Shown: positions 36,360 through 48,032 of the stretch, in pieces
Position numbering within the stretch: position 1 is the first letter of the stretch
How the letters are laid out: each line of letters opens with the position of its first letter
The notes under the pieces: model-generated
What the model was told of the DNA's origin: nothing
Databases searched by the model: none
Seen by the model: only the letters and a program-made list of their open reading frames with translations
Made by a program: the position numbers and the translations under genes
Assembly (NCBI GenBank): GCA_965649825.1
Contig: OZ287703.1
Span: forward strand, 801,722 to 865,721
DNA: 64,000 bases
Direction of reading: 5' to 3'
DNA from: Penicillus capitatus
Taxonomy: Eukaryota > Plantae > Chlorophyta

Positions 36360-37361
36360 TGTCAGTGGACAGCTGTCCACCTTCGTGCAGCTGTCCAAAG
36401 GATTATATAAATTCTTACAATCATTGTACAAACAGTCTTTGTAAGCCATACGCCTTCGTCGTCAACCCGTTGTCCGTCAACGAACACGACATGGTTTCGG
36501 AGCGACAAAGATTCCGGCGATAGAATCCCGTCATCGAAGACTGAAGACTTTCCAAGACACGACCGTGGTGACAGCGTTTTACCTACCACCTGTAGTCTGT
36601 AGTTCGTTCCACCGTCCGAGCTGCTGTGTTTCAGTTCCACCGTCCGAGCTGCCAAGTTTCAGTTCCACCGTCCGAGCTGCCAAGTTTCAGTTCCACCGTC
36701 CGAGTTGCTGCGTTTCAGTTCCACCGTCCGAGTTGCTGCGTTTCAGTTCCACCGTCCGAGTTGCTGCGTTTCAGTTCCACCGTCCGAGTTGCTGCGTTTC
36801 AGTTCCACCGTCCGAGTTGCTGCGTTTCAGTTCCACCGTCCGAGTTGCTGCGTTTCAGTTCCACCGTCCGAGTTGCTGCGTTTCAGTTCCACCGTCCGAG
36901 TTGCTGCGTTTCAGTGTCACGCTGCGATAAGCGTGCTGTTGCGCATTGTTGTGTTTACGTTCGTTGTTACTTTGTCCGTGTTTACGTTTTCTATCTGGGT
37001 CACCACGGACGTGTTGTCGCTGTGAAGTACGGTTCGAATTTCCAGAGTCGGCGCTGAAGTCTCAGAGACGTAAGAGCTACAAAGCTGCGGCGAATGGGCC
37101 GCAGAGGGAGAAGCCACGTGACGATGGCCCTGGTTCGACTCCTGGCCAGCCTGATGACATCCCGACTATCGTGAATTGTGTTCCGTTCGCATTATTCGGA
37201 GTCTGCACAACGGAAAGGGGGTGGGCACATGTCAGTGGACAGCTGTCCACCTTCGTGCAGCTGTCCAAAGGATTATATAAATTCTTACAATCATTGTACA
37301 AACAGTCTTTGTAAGCCATACGCCTTCGTCGTCAACCCGTTGTCCGTCAACGAACACGTCA
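36360..37361 (+). mobile_element. TRIM-like non-autonomous LTR retroelement (1002 bp)
   Basis: 132-bp TG..CA LTRs (36360-36491, 37230-37361), 4-bp TSD gcgt, PBS tggtttcggagcg at 36492-36504, purine tract ggaaagggggtggg before the 3' LTR, no coding domains. Confidence 0.88.
36605..36915. repeat. 28-bp minisatellite, 11 units, inside the TRIM
   Basis: Unit tttcagttccaccgtccgagttgctgcg; ccaccgtccgag recurs every 28 bp from 36609 to 36889. Confidence 0.95.
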
Positions 37362-37658
37362 GCGTTCGTTTGCGTCGTCGTTCGTGCATCTTTTCGACTC
37401 AGCACTTCCGCAATCCGTTACATCGATCCCAATAGGTACACGTTCGCGCTTGCGCCAATAAATGATCCTTAAATTTTGCAGGAAATGGTTCACCGCGTCA
37501 TGCCCTGAATGCGGTGATCTGGACAAGCAATTGAAAACAAACGAACCTAATTATTAAGGCAAAGGTTTAAATACCGAGATCGACCTAATGAACATTCATA
37601 AGTCTAAGAGGATCCTTGGCGCATTATTGAACCGTCCCCGAACAGACCTAACAATAAA

Positions 37659-40600
37659 TCAAATGCGGAATCGTCGCCACAAATGGATTTTTCGTGGACG
37701 TTCAGAACCCGCTCGTACTAACTCCGACATTCCAAGCTTACTAGCAAGCTGAGGAAACTTGTTGTAAAATTCACGCCTTAGGTGCCACAAAAATTTCTCA
37801 ATAGATTCCTTTTCATACGTTTCGATTTTTTGTGAAAAAGTCGTATGAATGACAAGAAAAGATGTCTCCGATTTCGTTAATTGCTCAACTGTGAATGGGT
37901 TTTGTACGAAAAGGAACAATAGACCATCGTTATAAATAGAATCAGACAAAAACGAAGTAGGGATAACCTTTTCAGGTACTATGGCTTTTAACATCTTTCT
38001 CGCGACATAGCGCACATTCTGGTCATCATTACAGCACCACTTTACGAGCGTCGGCAGAACCTCGCCGGCGTGCTGAGGCACCGCTTCGAGGACCCGATCG
38101 ATGGCCGTCAATGCTGTCTCACGCACGGCCGAGTTATCGTCAACGCACCCCTTCACGAGCGTCGGCAGAACCTCGCCGGCGTGCTGAGGCACCGCTTCGA
38201 GGACCCGATCGATGGCCGTAAATGCTCTCTCACGCACGGCCGAGTTATCGTCAACGCACCCCTTCACGAGCGTCGGCAGAACCTCACCGGCGTGCTGAGG
38301 CACCGCTTCGAGGACCCGATCGATGGCCGTAAATGCTCTCTCACGCACGGCCGAGTTATCGTCAACGCACCCCTTCACGAGCGTCGGCAGAACCTCACCG
38401 GCGTGCTGAGGCACCGCTTCGAGGACCCGATCGATGGCCGTAAATGCTCTCTCACGCACGGCCGAGTTTTCGTCAACGCACCTCTTCACGAGCGTCGGCA
38501 GAAACTCTCCGGCGTGTTGAGGTGCTGCTCCGAGAAACCGATCGATGACCGTAAATGCTGTCTCACGCACGGCCGAGTTTTCGTCGACGCACCCCTTCAC
38601 GAGTGTCGGCAGAAACTCTCCGGCGTGTTGAGGTGCTACTCCGAGAACCCGATCGATGACCGTAAATGCTCTCTCACGCACGGCCGAGTAATCGTCGCCG
38701 CACCCCTTCATGAGCGTCGACAGAAACTCGCTGGCGTGCTGCGGCGCCGCCGCCGCAATGACACGATCGACGACTTTCCACGCGTTTGCACGCACGGCCG
38801 AGTAATCGTCGCCGCACCCCTTCATGAGCGTCGGCAGAATCTCGCTGGCGTGCTGCGGCGCCGCCGCAATGACACGATCGACGACTTTCCACGCGTTTGC
38901 ACGCACGGCTATGTAATCGGCGCCGCACCTCTTCACGAGTGTCGGCAGAATCTCGCTGGCGTGCTGCGGCGCCGCCGCAATGACACGATCGACGACTTTC
39001 AACGCGTTTGCACGCGCGGCTATGTAATCGGCGCCGCACCTCTTCACGAGTGTCGGCAGAACCTCACCGGCGTGCTGAGGCACCGCTTCGAGGACCCGAT
39101 CGATGGCCGTAAATGCTCTCTCACGCACGGCCGAGTTTTCGTCGACGCACCCCTTCACGAGCGTCGGCAGAAACTCTCCGGCGTGCTGAGGCGCTGCTCC
39201 GAGGACCCGATCGATGGCTGTAAATGCTGTCTCACGCACGGCCGAGTTTTCGTCGACGCATCCCTTCACGAGCGTTGGCAGAACCTCGCCGGCGTGTTGA
39301 GGTGCTGCCGCAAGGACGCGACTGATGGTCGTAAATGCTGTCTCACGCACGGCCGAGTTTTCGTCGACGCATCCCTTCACGAGTGTCGGCAGAAACTTTT
39401 CGGCGTGCTGAGGCGCTGCTCCGAGGACCCGATCGATGGCTGTAAATGCTGTCTCACGCACGTCCGAGTTAGCGTCGACGCACCCCTTCACGAGTGTCGG
39501 CAGAAACTCTCCGGCGTGCTGAGGCGCTGCTCCGAGGACCCGATCGATGGCTGTATATGCTGTCTCACGCACGTCCGAGTTAGCGTCAATGCACTCCTCC
39601 GCGAGTGCCGTCAGAATCTTCCTGGCGTGCTGCGGCCCGAGCATTGCGACAGACTCAATCCTCCTTATGAACTCTCTCGAATTGCTATGATATTTGACTT
39701 CTCTCCCAACTTGGATGATGAATTGCAACACTTCATGACTGTGCTTCGGAGAATGTTTTACGAGCTTTAAAGCATCTGCGATTTTTGCCATTTCTATCCT
39801 TGTCAATTCATGTTTGCATGCCAGCGATATTTTCACTTTATCGATTGTTTCATTGAGAACTTGAGGACATCTATCAAAAATGTGGGAAAACCCTTTGAAG
39901 TCTTCGGCCACGATTTCACGAATTAGATTGTCTTCGATAGTACACTTGAACAGTCGACTCGCAATTTCAGCCAGCTTAGTTGCCTGTTCGTCGTTTAGAA
40001 GGTCTTCTAAGAGGCTCTCATCCGTCTCTTGTAGTGTTGCATCAAGAACTCGCATTCTTAACAAACAGTGCTGTATTCCAAGAACTTCAACTGGTTGGTC
40101 ATCAACGATCGACAGCATTTCTTGAAAGGCCACTATTCCTCGGCCTTTGGCGAATGCGTTCATGGCGAAGCGCATTGCCGGGTCATGCTTCTGATTGTAT
40201 TTTTCTTCATGAATGAACTTTCGTACTTGTATTTCATCTTCCGATCCTTTGTTTTTTAGGCTTTTGGCGATAAATCTTCCCGCAAAGTACTCTTGAAACG
40301 TAAGGTGAGGAAACTGATATTGTTTTCCCTCTGAGACAAGTAGGAGGAATCCAGTTTCTTTAAAGATCTTCGTTGTATTTGTGGATGTTGCACAATCTTC
40401 AACGATTCGTTCTTCGATAAGTATTTGTCCCTTTCGAAGCGCCTCGAAAGCTATCTTTTCCAGATCGCCGAAAACAATATCTTTGTTCGCCATTCCTGCT
40501 TCGGACTTTTCTTTGAACCTCTTCCACACAAAATTTGTCATGTCGCCGTAGATTTGAAACATGCTCGCTTTTTTCCCTCGATTTTCAATAGATGTTCCAT

Positions 40601-43276
40601 GTTCTTTCGACAGAGAACAGAGAATGTGCGCCGTCACTGGAGTGTGTGCGGTTTCCCACATACCCTGATCTCGTTGCAACGAACGGATGAGGCTCGAAGC
40701 TTCATTTTGTTGCAGCTCTTTGATTATGTAGTTTCTGAGCTGTTGGTCGTTGAATCCAAGGCACTCAAACTGGCAGTCGACTTCAGTCTGTATCCCTCGA
40801 AGATTGTATGGCCGTGTAAGTATGAGAAGCTTGCAGTCACCCATCTTCGTCTCAGACAGGAGATCTCTAGCATCGTCATCGGCTTCGTCCAATCCGTCAA
40901 ACACTAGCAATGTGCTGGTCTTATCGAGATCGTCGTTGATTTGAGTCTTCAACTTCTCAAATTCGTCATCGCTTCCGCGTTGCTTGAAACAAGTGCTCGC
41001 GACCACCTCTTCAAGCGCCTCTCCACGTATTCCTTTGGCTTTTGCAACGTTTAAACGTCTTATCGGAACCACGTAGATGGCTTCGAGCTCTTGCAGCATC
41101 TCTCCCATTGCCCATTTGTGTGCAATGGCTTTGCTCAAGCAAGTCTTCCCCGAACCAGGATTTCCATAGAGAAGTACTTTTCGGATTTCGCTCTTGCCGA
41201 CGCCAGCTTCCAATGATCTCGGTTTAAACAAGTCTTCGATCGAAATGGGTATTGTGACCCTTCTCTTTCGTTCACAATGTTCTTTTGGATTGTCTCTTTC
41301 CTGAACTGAGGGACTTTCCACTTCCGTTTCATCATCTTCTTCTCGTGGGGAGTTTTGCACTTCCGTTTCTTCTTTTTCTTCTTCTCGTGGGGAGTTTTGC
41401 ACTTCCGTTTCTTCTTTTTCTTCTTCTCGTGGGGAGTTTTGCACTTCCGTTTCTTCTTTTTCTTCTTCTCGTGGGGAGTTTTGCACTTCCGTTTCTTCTT
41501 TTTCTTCTTCTCGTGGGGAGTTTTGCACTTCCGTTTCTTCTTTTTCTTCTTCTCGTGGGGAGTTTTGCACTTCCGTTTCTTCTTTTTCTTCTGTACAATG
41601 TTCTTCTTTTCTTTTAATTCTTCTTTTTTCGACGATTTCTTCGTACATGACAACATGGTGCTCCATATCTTTCACGTGCCTACGGACTTCTGATTCAAAC
41701 AAAGAAGGCACCTGTAACATGAATACGAGGTAAGTTTGATTGAAACGGTACCACAGGTAATCACCGTAGCAAAGTTGTCGTGGAGGTACATTTCCTTCAG
41801 GTCTTCGACGTTGGAACAAATAGTGGATGGATGCAGATATCCAACAGTTGCCCCTGTTTTGACGAATACGTCATCTCGATCTTTGTGCGTATCTCCGTGG
41901 CGTTGCATCTGAAGCTTCTCTTCAATGGTATTCCCATTCAGCCACGTTGTTAACGTCCCTCTGGCACGTTCATCGCATGATTGTCGTATCTTTTCGAGAG
42001 CTTTGGTTATTTCTTCGTTTTGTTCGTCCATTGTGTGAATCATGTGCAAGGTGTCTAAAATCTCGGTAAGGATGTCTCCATCGTGAATCCAGTTTTCCGA
42101 GATCGCTTGATTTGTTGCCAATTCAACCAGCTTCGTCGTCGCTTCTTTGCGGCCATCCTGACTAGAGCTCTTGTCGCTTGCCAACAAGCGCATTTCTTGG
42201 ATGATTCCGAATCTCAAGGCTTTTTGATGTTTTTCTTTCGTCGTGTTATGTTGCCCTTCCATCGCCGTGTCGTAAGCTAGTGCAAGAAGTTTGCACTTTT
42301 TGTCTTCTTTAAGCGCACCAAGCCTTGCCGCCGTTAGAATCTGAAGTATGTCATACCACTCTTGCTCCGATACTCCCACTCTGGCAATTGCTGCTCGACC
42401 CTTTCTGTATGCGTCCTCGATTGATGTGGGATCGATATCTCCGCCGGCCAATCTTCTGAGAATGTGGATGACATGCATTCCACCGTAGAGTCCAGATGCG
42501 GTATATCTTGCCGCTCTTGTTAAGCGAGATGGCTCGTCTTCGATTTCTAAGCGCTCGACGGCTTGCTGAAGAAGCTCGAAGTGAAAGAAAACAGGGTAAT
42601 GCAGAACGGATAGCTTCATCTCCTCTCTCTTTTGTGTGACTGCTTCGCGAAGCGCTTCTTTCTCTTCTTCAAGCGCATAGCCACGACCGATGATTTGCAA
42701 AAGGAAAAAGACCTGATGGATGCAGAGGAACGTTGCTTCGTATTTTGCGAAGTTGTGCTTGGTTAGTCTTAGCTCTGAAGATAGACTGGACAGTAGTTTC
42801 TTAGCAAGGACAAGCAATCGTGCTGGGTCGTCATATACGGTAGCATCCACCCAGGTGAGTGCGGTGTACAGAGCTTTTGCGACGTTCTCTTCGAGAAATT
42901 CGTCAGTACGGATCAGAGAACCGATGTCATACACCAGTTTTCTCAGAACTTCGGCATCTTGTTCGGAGACGTAAGCAATCTTTGCCAGTTCTGCGTAGTC
43001 CAGGACGGCTGTTGGTCTGAGGAAGTCTTCCTTTGCTTCGCCGTATTTGAACAGCCAGTCGAGGAGAACGGTTCGCTCATTCGCATCCGTCGTGGCGTTG
43101 TACGCCGCGACAAGCGACTTTGTGCTAACGATGTCATGCTTCTTCGCGACAGCGCGCAGAAGCTTTGCTGCATTTCTTCGTTGAACGTTGGAATCTGGTT
43201 GGCGGGATGTTCCACCACTTCCCGACGCGGACGGTCCTCCGGCGGACGATTCTTCGCCCAGAGCTTGCGTTTGCAT
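37659..43276 (-). CDS. NLR-like STAND protein 2: helical N-domain, acidic repeat linker, NACHT, ~15 HEAT-like repeats (~1854 aa, intron at 41712-41764)
   Basis: Same motifs and same 53-bp intron as 14813-20781 (GNPGSGKT, FDGLDE, FPHLTFQEYFAG). Confidence 0.9.
37985..39640 (-). repeat. Coding tandem array of ~15 HEAT-like units with a 111-bp period
   Basis: Consensus AGEVLPTLVKGCVDENSAVRETAFTAIDRVLGAAPQH; several adjacent units are almost identical at DNA level. Confidence 0.93.
41320..41590 (-). repeat. 42-bp coding tandem repeat (EEKEETEVQNSPRE x6)
   Basis: gtggggagttttgcac recurs every 42 bp from 41345 to 41555. Confidence 0.95.
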
Positions 43277-44590
43277 GTTCGGTAACCTACACACGAAGCA
43301 TTCTAAGGTCCAGTTGGCAAGTAGGGGAAGAGCTAACTTGTTGCTTCGGAGATATCTGTGAAAAGTTCGCAGAAAAGTTCGCAGAAAAGTTCGCAATGGA
43401 TGCGCTAAATCAGATGAACCGATATTCGTCTAAATCAGAATAATAATGTCACAGAATAGCGGACATCGCAGAAGAGTTTCAAACATGAGTTTATATCGAC
43501 CGAACGAAATTGTTGTTGTAGAGATCATGTCTGTTTTCGCCGTTTCCGTGCATTTGCATCGAGCATAACGCACTTTTCAGCGTTACCAAAAACTTGCACT
43601 GAGCTCTGCCGTGCAACGCGTGACCTTTTCCGATCAAACGGCTTGTACTATATTCAGACGCCGATCATTTCCGGTTCTGAATGCGAAAGGGCAGGAGAGA
43701 TGTTTCATGTAACTCTTTTTACGAACGACAATTTCGTATCCAGCAAAACAAAAAAATCGAGATGTTGACAGATCTCATTACTTTGAAATGCTAAGCCTGG
43801 CTGTATTCTGTAGTCTTCTGCTGTCAATGGACATCCTAGTCATCGGCGGTAATCCTCTTTCCTGACTGTATTTGTTATGTATGTATGGCAAGGGAGATTA
43901 GCACTGACCGCTTGCTGGATGACGTAGGCCAATTGAATGCCGACGCATTTGCTTATGCACTGGATCGCGTTTACACATTTGGCCCTAGCATCCAGAGCAG
44001 AGAACATAAAAAATGACACTGCAGTTTGGAAGAGTTTTGGATGCTGATATCAGAGGCGGTGTTTCATGACCTTTCTCAAGTCATATCACGTGCCGAAACC
44101 TTCTTCAAGTACTGTGCGAAGAGAATTCTCACAAACTGCACAGAAGAACATGCACGTTTGGGCCAGTTTATTATGGAGGACCCATCAGTCATCTAGAAGT
44201 GGGACCCCTTCCGCATTGTGACGTGTGACATACTCATGCTGCAGCTGCTGTTGATGGTAGGACTCAAACAAACTTAGATGACACATGCGGTGAATCAAAT
44301 CTGCTCTAAGAGTCCAGCAAGCAATTCGAGTTCGCCATGGAAAGGGTCCTGACCTGCAGAGCGCGCACGAGCCGCCGCTCACCCCGCCCGTAAGCATACT
44401 AACACATTTACGATCTCCCACTCTTTCAATGTAGACTGCGTAGTATATCGGCGTCCTATTCCAGACACCGCGATTTTTCTCGGATTGTTCTCACACATCA
44501 CACTTTTTACACTTGCAGCAACTATTTCTGACATTGAATATCGATTCTTGATGCCTTGTCTGTTATAAGTGCAATGAATTCTGTATGTTT

Positions 44591-45794
44591 TTATTCGTCT
44601 TCTTCAGATTCCGAGAGTCCTAGAAATTTTCGACGATCCCGGCTTGGGTAGCGCGCGCTGCAACGCTCTCTCCCGATACAAGTGTATAATTCGTAGCCGG
44701 TTTCTCTCGCTCCACTGCGTCCGTCATTCGACAGACCAGATGAATAATTGCGACCGGTACGGCTATCGACAAATCGCTGGCACAACGTCTTCGAAGACTC
44801 CTTCCGTCTTTCGCTCTTGTCCGACCCGCACTTGACGTTTCTCTCTTTCGCAGTCGCCTTCCTCTGCGTCCTTCCACGTCTGGATTGCAGCGGCGACGGT
44901 TGTCTCAACGAAACCGCTACCGGCAGAGAAGAGGGCGACGAGCTTGGACTTTCCGAAATCGTCCGCAATTCTGCAAACCATAGTTACTTCTGAGGGCGAC
45001 GTGCAGTGCCGAGAACAACTGCGTACCTGTGGTGAGAGTCGCGGAGAGAGTTTTGGCTCTTGACTCGATGGCGGTTTCACATTGAATTCGATACTGTGCC
45101 AACTGCGCCATCGTCGTCGTCTTCAGCTCATCAGCCTTATCGTAAACACCTCCTACGCGTGGCGCAGTTGGAAACAGAGGCGGTACCTGTTCAACGAACT
45201 GTTCTTGCAGTTTTGCCATCGCGTCCTTGAACTCCCGCTGGCATTCGATAACTTTCTGTCGAAGAATCTCTTCTTCTTCCTCTTTCGTCATCGACAGTTC
45301 TCGCAGCGCCTGTTCCAATCGTCGTTGCGTCTCCTCGATTTCTGTCGAAGTGAGCAGCATCAGCGTACCTCCCGATACGAACGCGAATCGTGCGCTTACC
45401 GCGCTGTCGTTCTTGTATGACGAAGCAGGTCTGATCCCGGAGGAACCGTTGGTGTTCGCTGGTGTCGAGTTCGTGAGGAACAGCTGTCGGAAGCGACGCA
45501 TCGCGAAGGCCTTCTGGCAACTCGACCGTCAATCTCTCCATCACTTTTGAAACTAGCGTCGTCGCACTCTGCGCAAGTGCACGCTCAGGCTAACGACATG
45601 TGTGTGGTTAGATATCCCACCTCGGTTAACTGTTTCGCCTCGACAGGCATAGAAGATACCGTATCTACACGATCATCTCTCAGTCGGCTCTTTTGCTGGG
45701 CGTCGATCACGAGATCGGTCACTTTGGGGTTTCGGTTTTGTATGGAATAGCGCATTGCGCAGCCTGCGGACATTTCTCTCTGTCGCGAATTCAT
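44591..45794 (-). CDS. Uncharacterised multi-exon coiled-coil protein
   Basis: EIEETQRRLEQALRELSMTKEEEEEILRQKVIECQREFKDAMAKLQEQF and flanking spliceable exons; no family recognised. Confidence 0.45.
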
Positions 45795-46433
45795 CGGTCG
45801 AGTCCGTCTCGCTGTCGGTCATGGTTCTTTGAACTTAGCGGCCAGTCCTCTGTCGCGTCGCAAGCAAAACGACTTCGCATTCGACGCGCCCCGAATGGAA
45901 CGCGAAAGGCTGCGCGATCGCGATAACGTCGACGCGATCTGAGTCAACTCTACATCTAGCAATGGACATGGAACGTTTGCCGATTATTCGACGAGAGAAA
46001 CGTTGGCCGTTGCACCATCAATAGACACGAGTCGCAATCTCTCATGCTGTTTCCCAGGCGCCTGGTGTCTGGTTCACGCGAGACAGTCTCTAATGTACAC
46101 ACATTCGACCGTCTTCCCTCTTCCATATTTACCTGTCGTTACCGCTTCTTCGTCTGAGATGCCGCCGTCCATCCAATCGCAACCCGCATCCGTATGAGCT
46201 GTTCATCCAAGTCCGAGTCAAAGCATCGATAAGGTCTCTCATCCTGTCAACCTCCAAGTGCGATCAACTGTTGTGTGGGTCCAGACGTTTGCGTCTTCGG
46301 ATCTCTGTGACCCTCCGGCAGAACAGACAGCTCACAAAGCAGTCATCGTTCCGCCTAGTCTCGACTGTCATTTATCACCATCGCCTTCAATTGTATTATT
46401 CATCGTCGAAGCCCTCCGCGCTGTCGTTTATTC

Positions 46434-48032
46434 ATGGCCGAGTTCGTATGCGACCGTCACGAGCCTCGTTTGGCTCCCCTCTGCTGCATCTGCGCACATC
46501 GCGACTGGTCCACACTCCCACCGCCCGTTCTCGACAATCTCGCTTCCGTTCTGAAACGCACTCGCAGATGGCGGCTTGATGGACCGAACCTGCGTCGCCT
46601 CAACAAGCACTGGTGCGCTGTCATGGACAGCAACGTGCAGGAAGTCCGTCCGCATCCGCTGCGAAGAATCGGCAGAACAGATGTCTCCTCGTTGCTGAAA
46701 TTTTCGCGCCTGACTTCTCTTGACATCTCACCCTTTGTGGAATTTCGAACAGATGTCGATGCAGATAGACAAGTGGAATCCCCAAGCAGGACGCCCGCGG
46801 TGGACCTCTACGCTCAGAGATTCGAGTGCGTTGTCGGTGTCCTCGGTCAGCTCCGCCACCTTCGCGAAATCGAGCTGCATTGTCTGACCGTCTTTCGCTC
46901 CTTCTCGGACAGCGGAGAATATCTGAGGCACTTCTCCAGGCTGACGGCCACCACTTCGCTGTGCATGTACAGCTCTGTGAATCCGAAGCGCTATGGAGAC
47001 GATGTGCTGAATCCACCAGTGATCAGCCGAGGCCATCTCTGTTCCGTTAACCAACTCGAAAAACTCGTCCAAGGATTTCCCAAGCTGAAGTCACTGGAAA
47101 CTCACGGGACGTTGACCCCGAGCAACACCTCTCTGCCGCCGAGTATCTTTGAGAAGCTCGAATCCGTGAAGCTCTGCGGTCTGAACACGGTCCAATGGAC
47201 TCGCAAGGATCCTCGGCCGACGTCTTTGATGACGTCTCTGAGACTGTTCACGCCGAGTCTGGACGAACTGCGTCTGCTTTCCGCGACAAAACACTTGGAA
47301 GCGCTCTCCCTGTCGATCTCGAATGGACAGGCATTGATGGACGGTTTATTGACCCATATCTTCAAGTGTCTAAAGAATCTGACGGTAAGAAACGGAGGCG
47401 GTGATTACATTCGCATTCCCGAGACTCTGTTCGACGCTTTTCCCAAGGTGCAGCGCCTTTCTTTAACCAAGTTTGAGTTTTGTGGCAAAGAAATCAAGGG
47501 GAATTCCTTATTCGATGTGAAATCTCTCAAATTTTCCGACTGTCGAGTTACAGATGGCGACACGTCTTTCCTTTCCAGGGCAAAATCGCTCGAGAGCCTC
47601 AGTCTGCAGCGGGGTCGCAATGGCAACATCGACGAACTGGAAGCCGTGACCCACGTCAAGAACCTTAGGCAACTGAGTTCTCTTTTTGTCGGTCCCATCA
47701 ACGACATCCAGACCGTCCGAACGATCGCACAGTTGTCCGCGGTGGAGGTCCTCGGCCTTTGCATCCACTCGGAAACGGCGTTGCATGGACTGAGGGATCT
47801 CGATCAGCTTTCGAGTCTTCGAGTCCTAGGTCTAAGCCACTGTTTGGGCACAGATCTGTGTCCGACGCTGCTGTCCTTAAACCTGTTAGGCAGATTGGAG
47901 AAGCTCTTTCTGGATCAAGTTTGCGTGTGCCATGCGCTCCACAAGGACGTGCAGAACAAGAGACCGTTAGGGCTGATTCTGGAGGACAAACGTGTCGATT
48001 TTCATCGGTTTGCGGCTTCGAATTTCTTTTGA
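46434..48032 (+). CDS. F-box-like/LRR protein, paralogue 1 (intronless)
   Basis: N-term RDWSTLPPPVLDNLASVL..LRRLNKHW, then LxxLxLxxLxL repeats. Confidence 0.75.
   Translation: MAEFVCDRHEPRLAPLCCICAHRDWSTLPPPVLDNLASVLKRTRRWRLDGPNLRRLNKHWCAVMDSNVQEVRPHPLRRIGRTDVSSLLKFSRLTSLDISPFVEFRTDVDADRQVESPSRTPAVDLYAQRFECVVGVLGQLRHLREIELHCLTVFRSFSDSGEYLRHFSRLTATTSLCMYSSVNPKRYGDDVLNPPVISRGHLCSVNQLEKLVQGFPKLKSLETHGTLTPSNTSLPPSIFEKLESVKLCGLNTVQWTRKDPRPTSLMTSLRLFTPSLDELRLLSATKHLEALSLSISNGQALMDGLLTHIFKCLKNLTVRNGGGDYIRIPETLFDAFPKVQRLSLTKFEFCGKEIKGNSLFDVKSLKFSDCRVTDGDTSFLSRAKSLESLSLQRGRNGNIDELEAVTHVKNLRQLSSLFVGPINDIQTVRTIAQLSAVEVLGLCIHSETALHGLRDLDQLSSLRVLGLSHCLGTDLCPTLLSLNLLGRLEKLFLDQVCVCHALHKDVQNKRPLGLILEDKRVDFHRFAASNFF

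Noticed and set aside
36605-36915. CRISPR-like array
   Set aside because: Head-to-tail 28-bp units with no unique spacers, no cas genes, eukaryotic context.
38070-39770. 566-aa plus-strand ORF with repeats
   Set aside because: Antisense shadow of the HEAT array; a stop-free unit repeated in frame produces it automatically.
41135-41693. Lys-rich and Phe-rich ORFs
   Set aside because: Alternative frames and the antisense strand of the 42-bp coding repeat.
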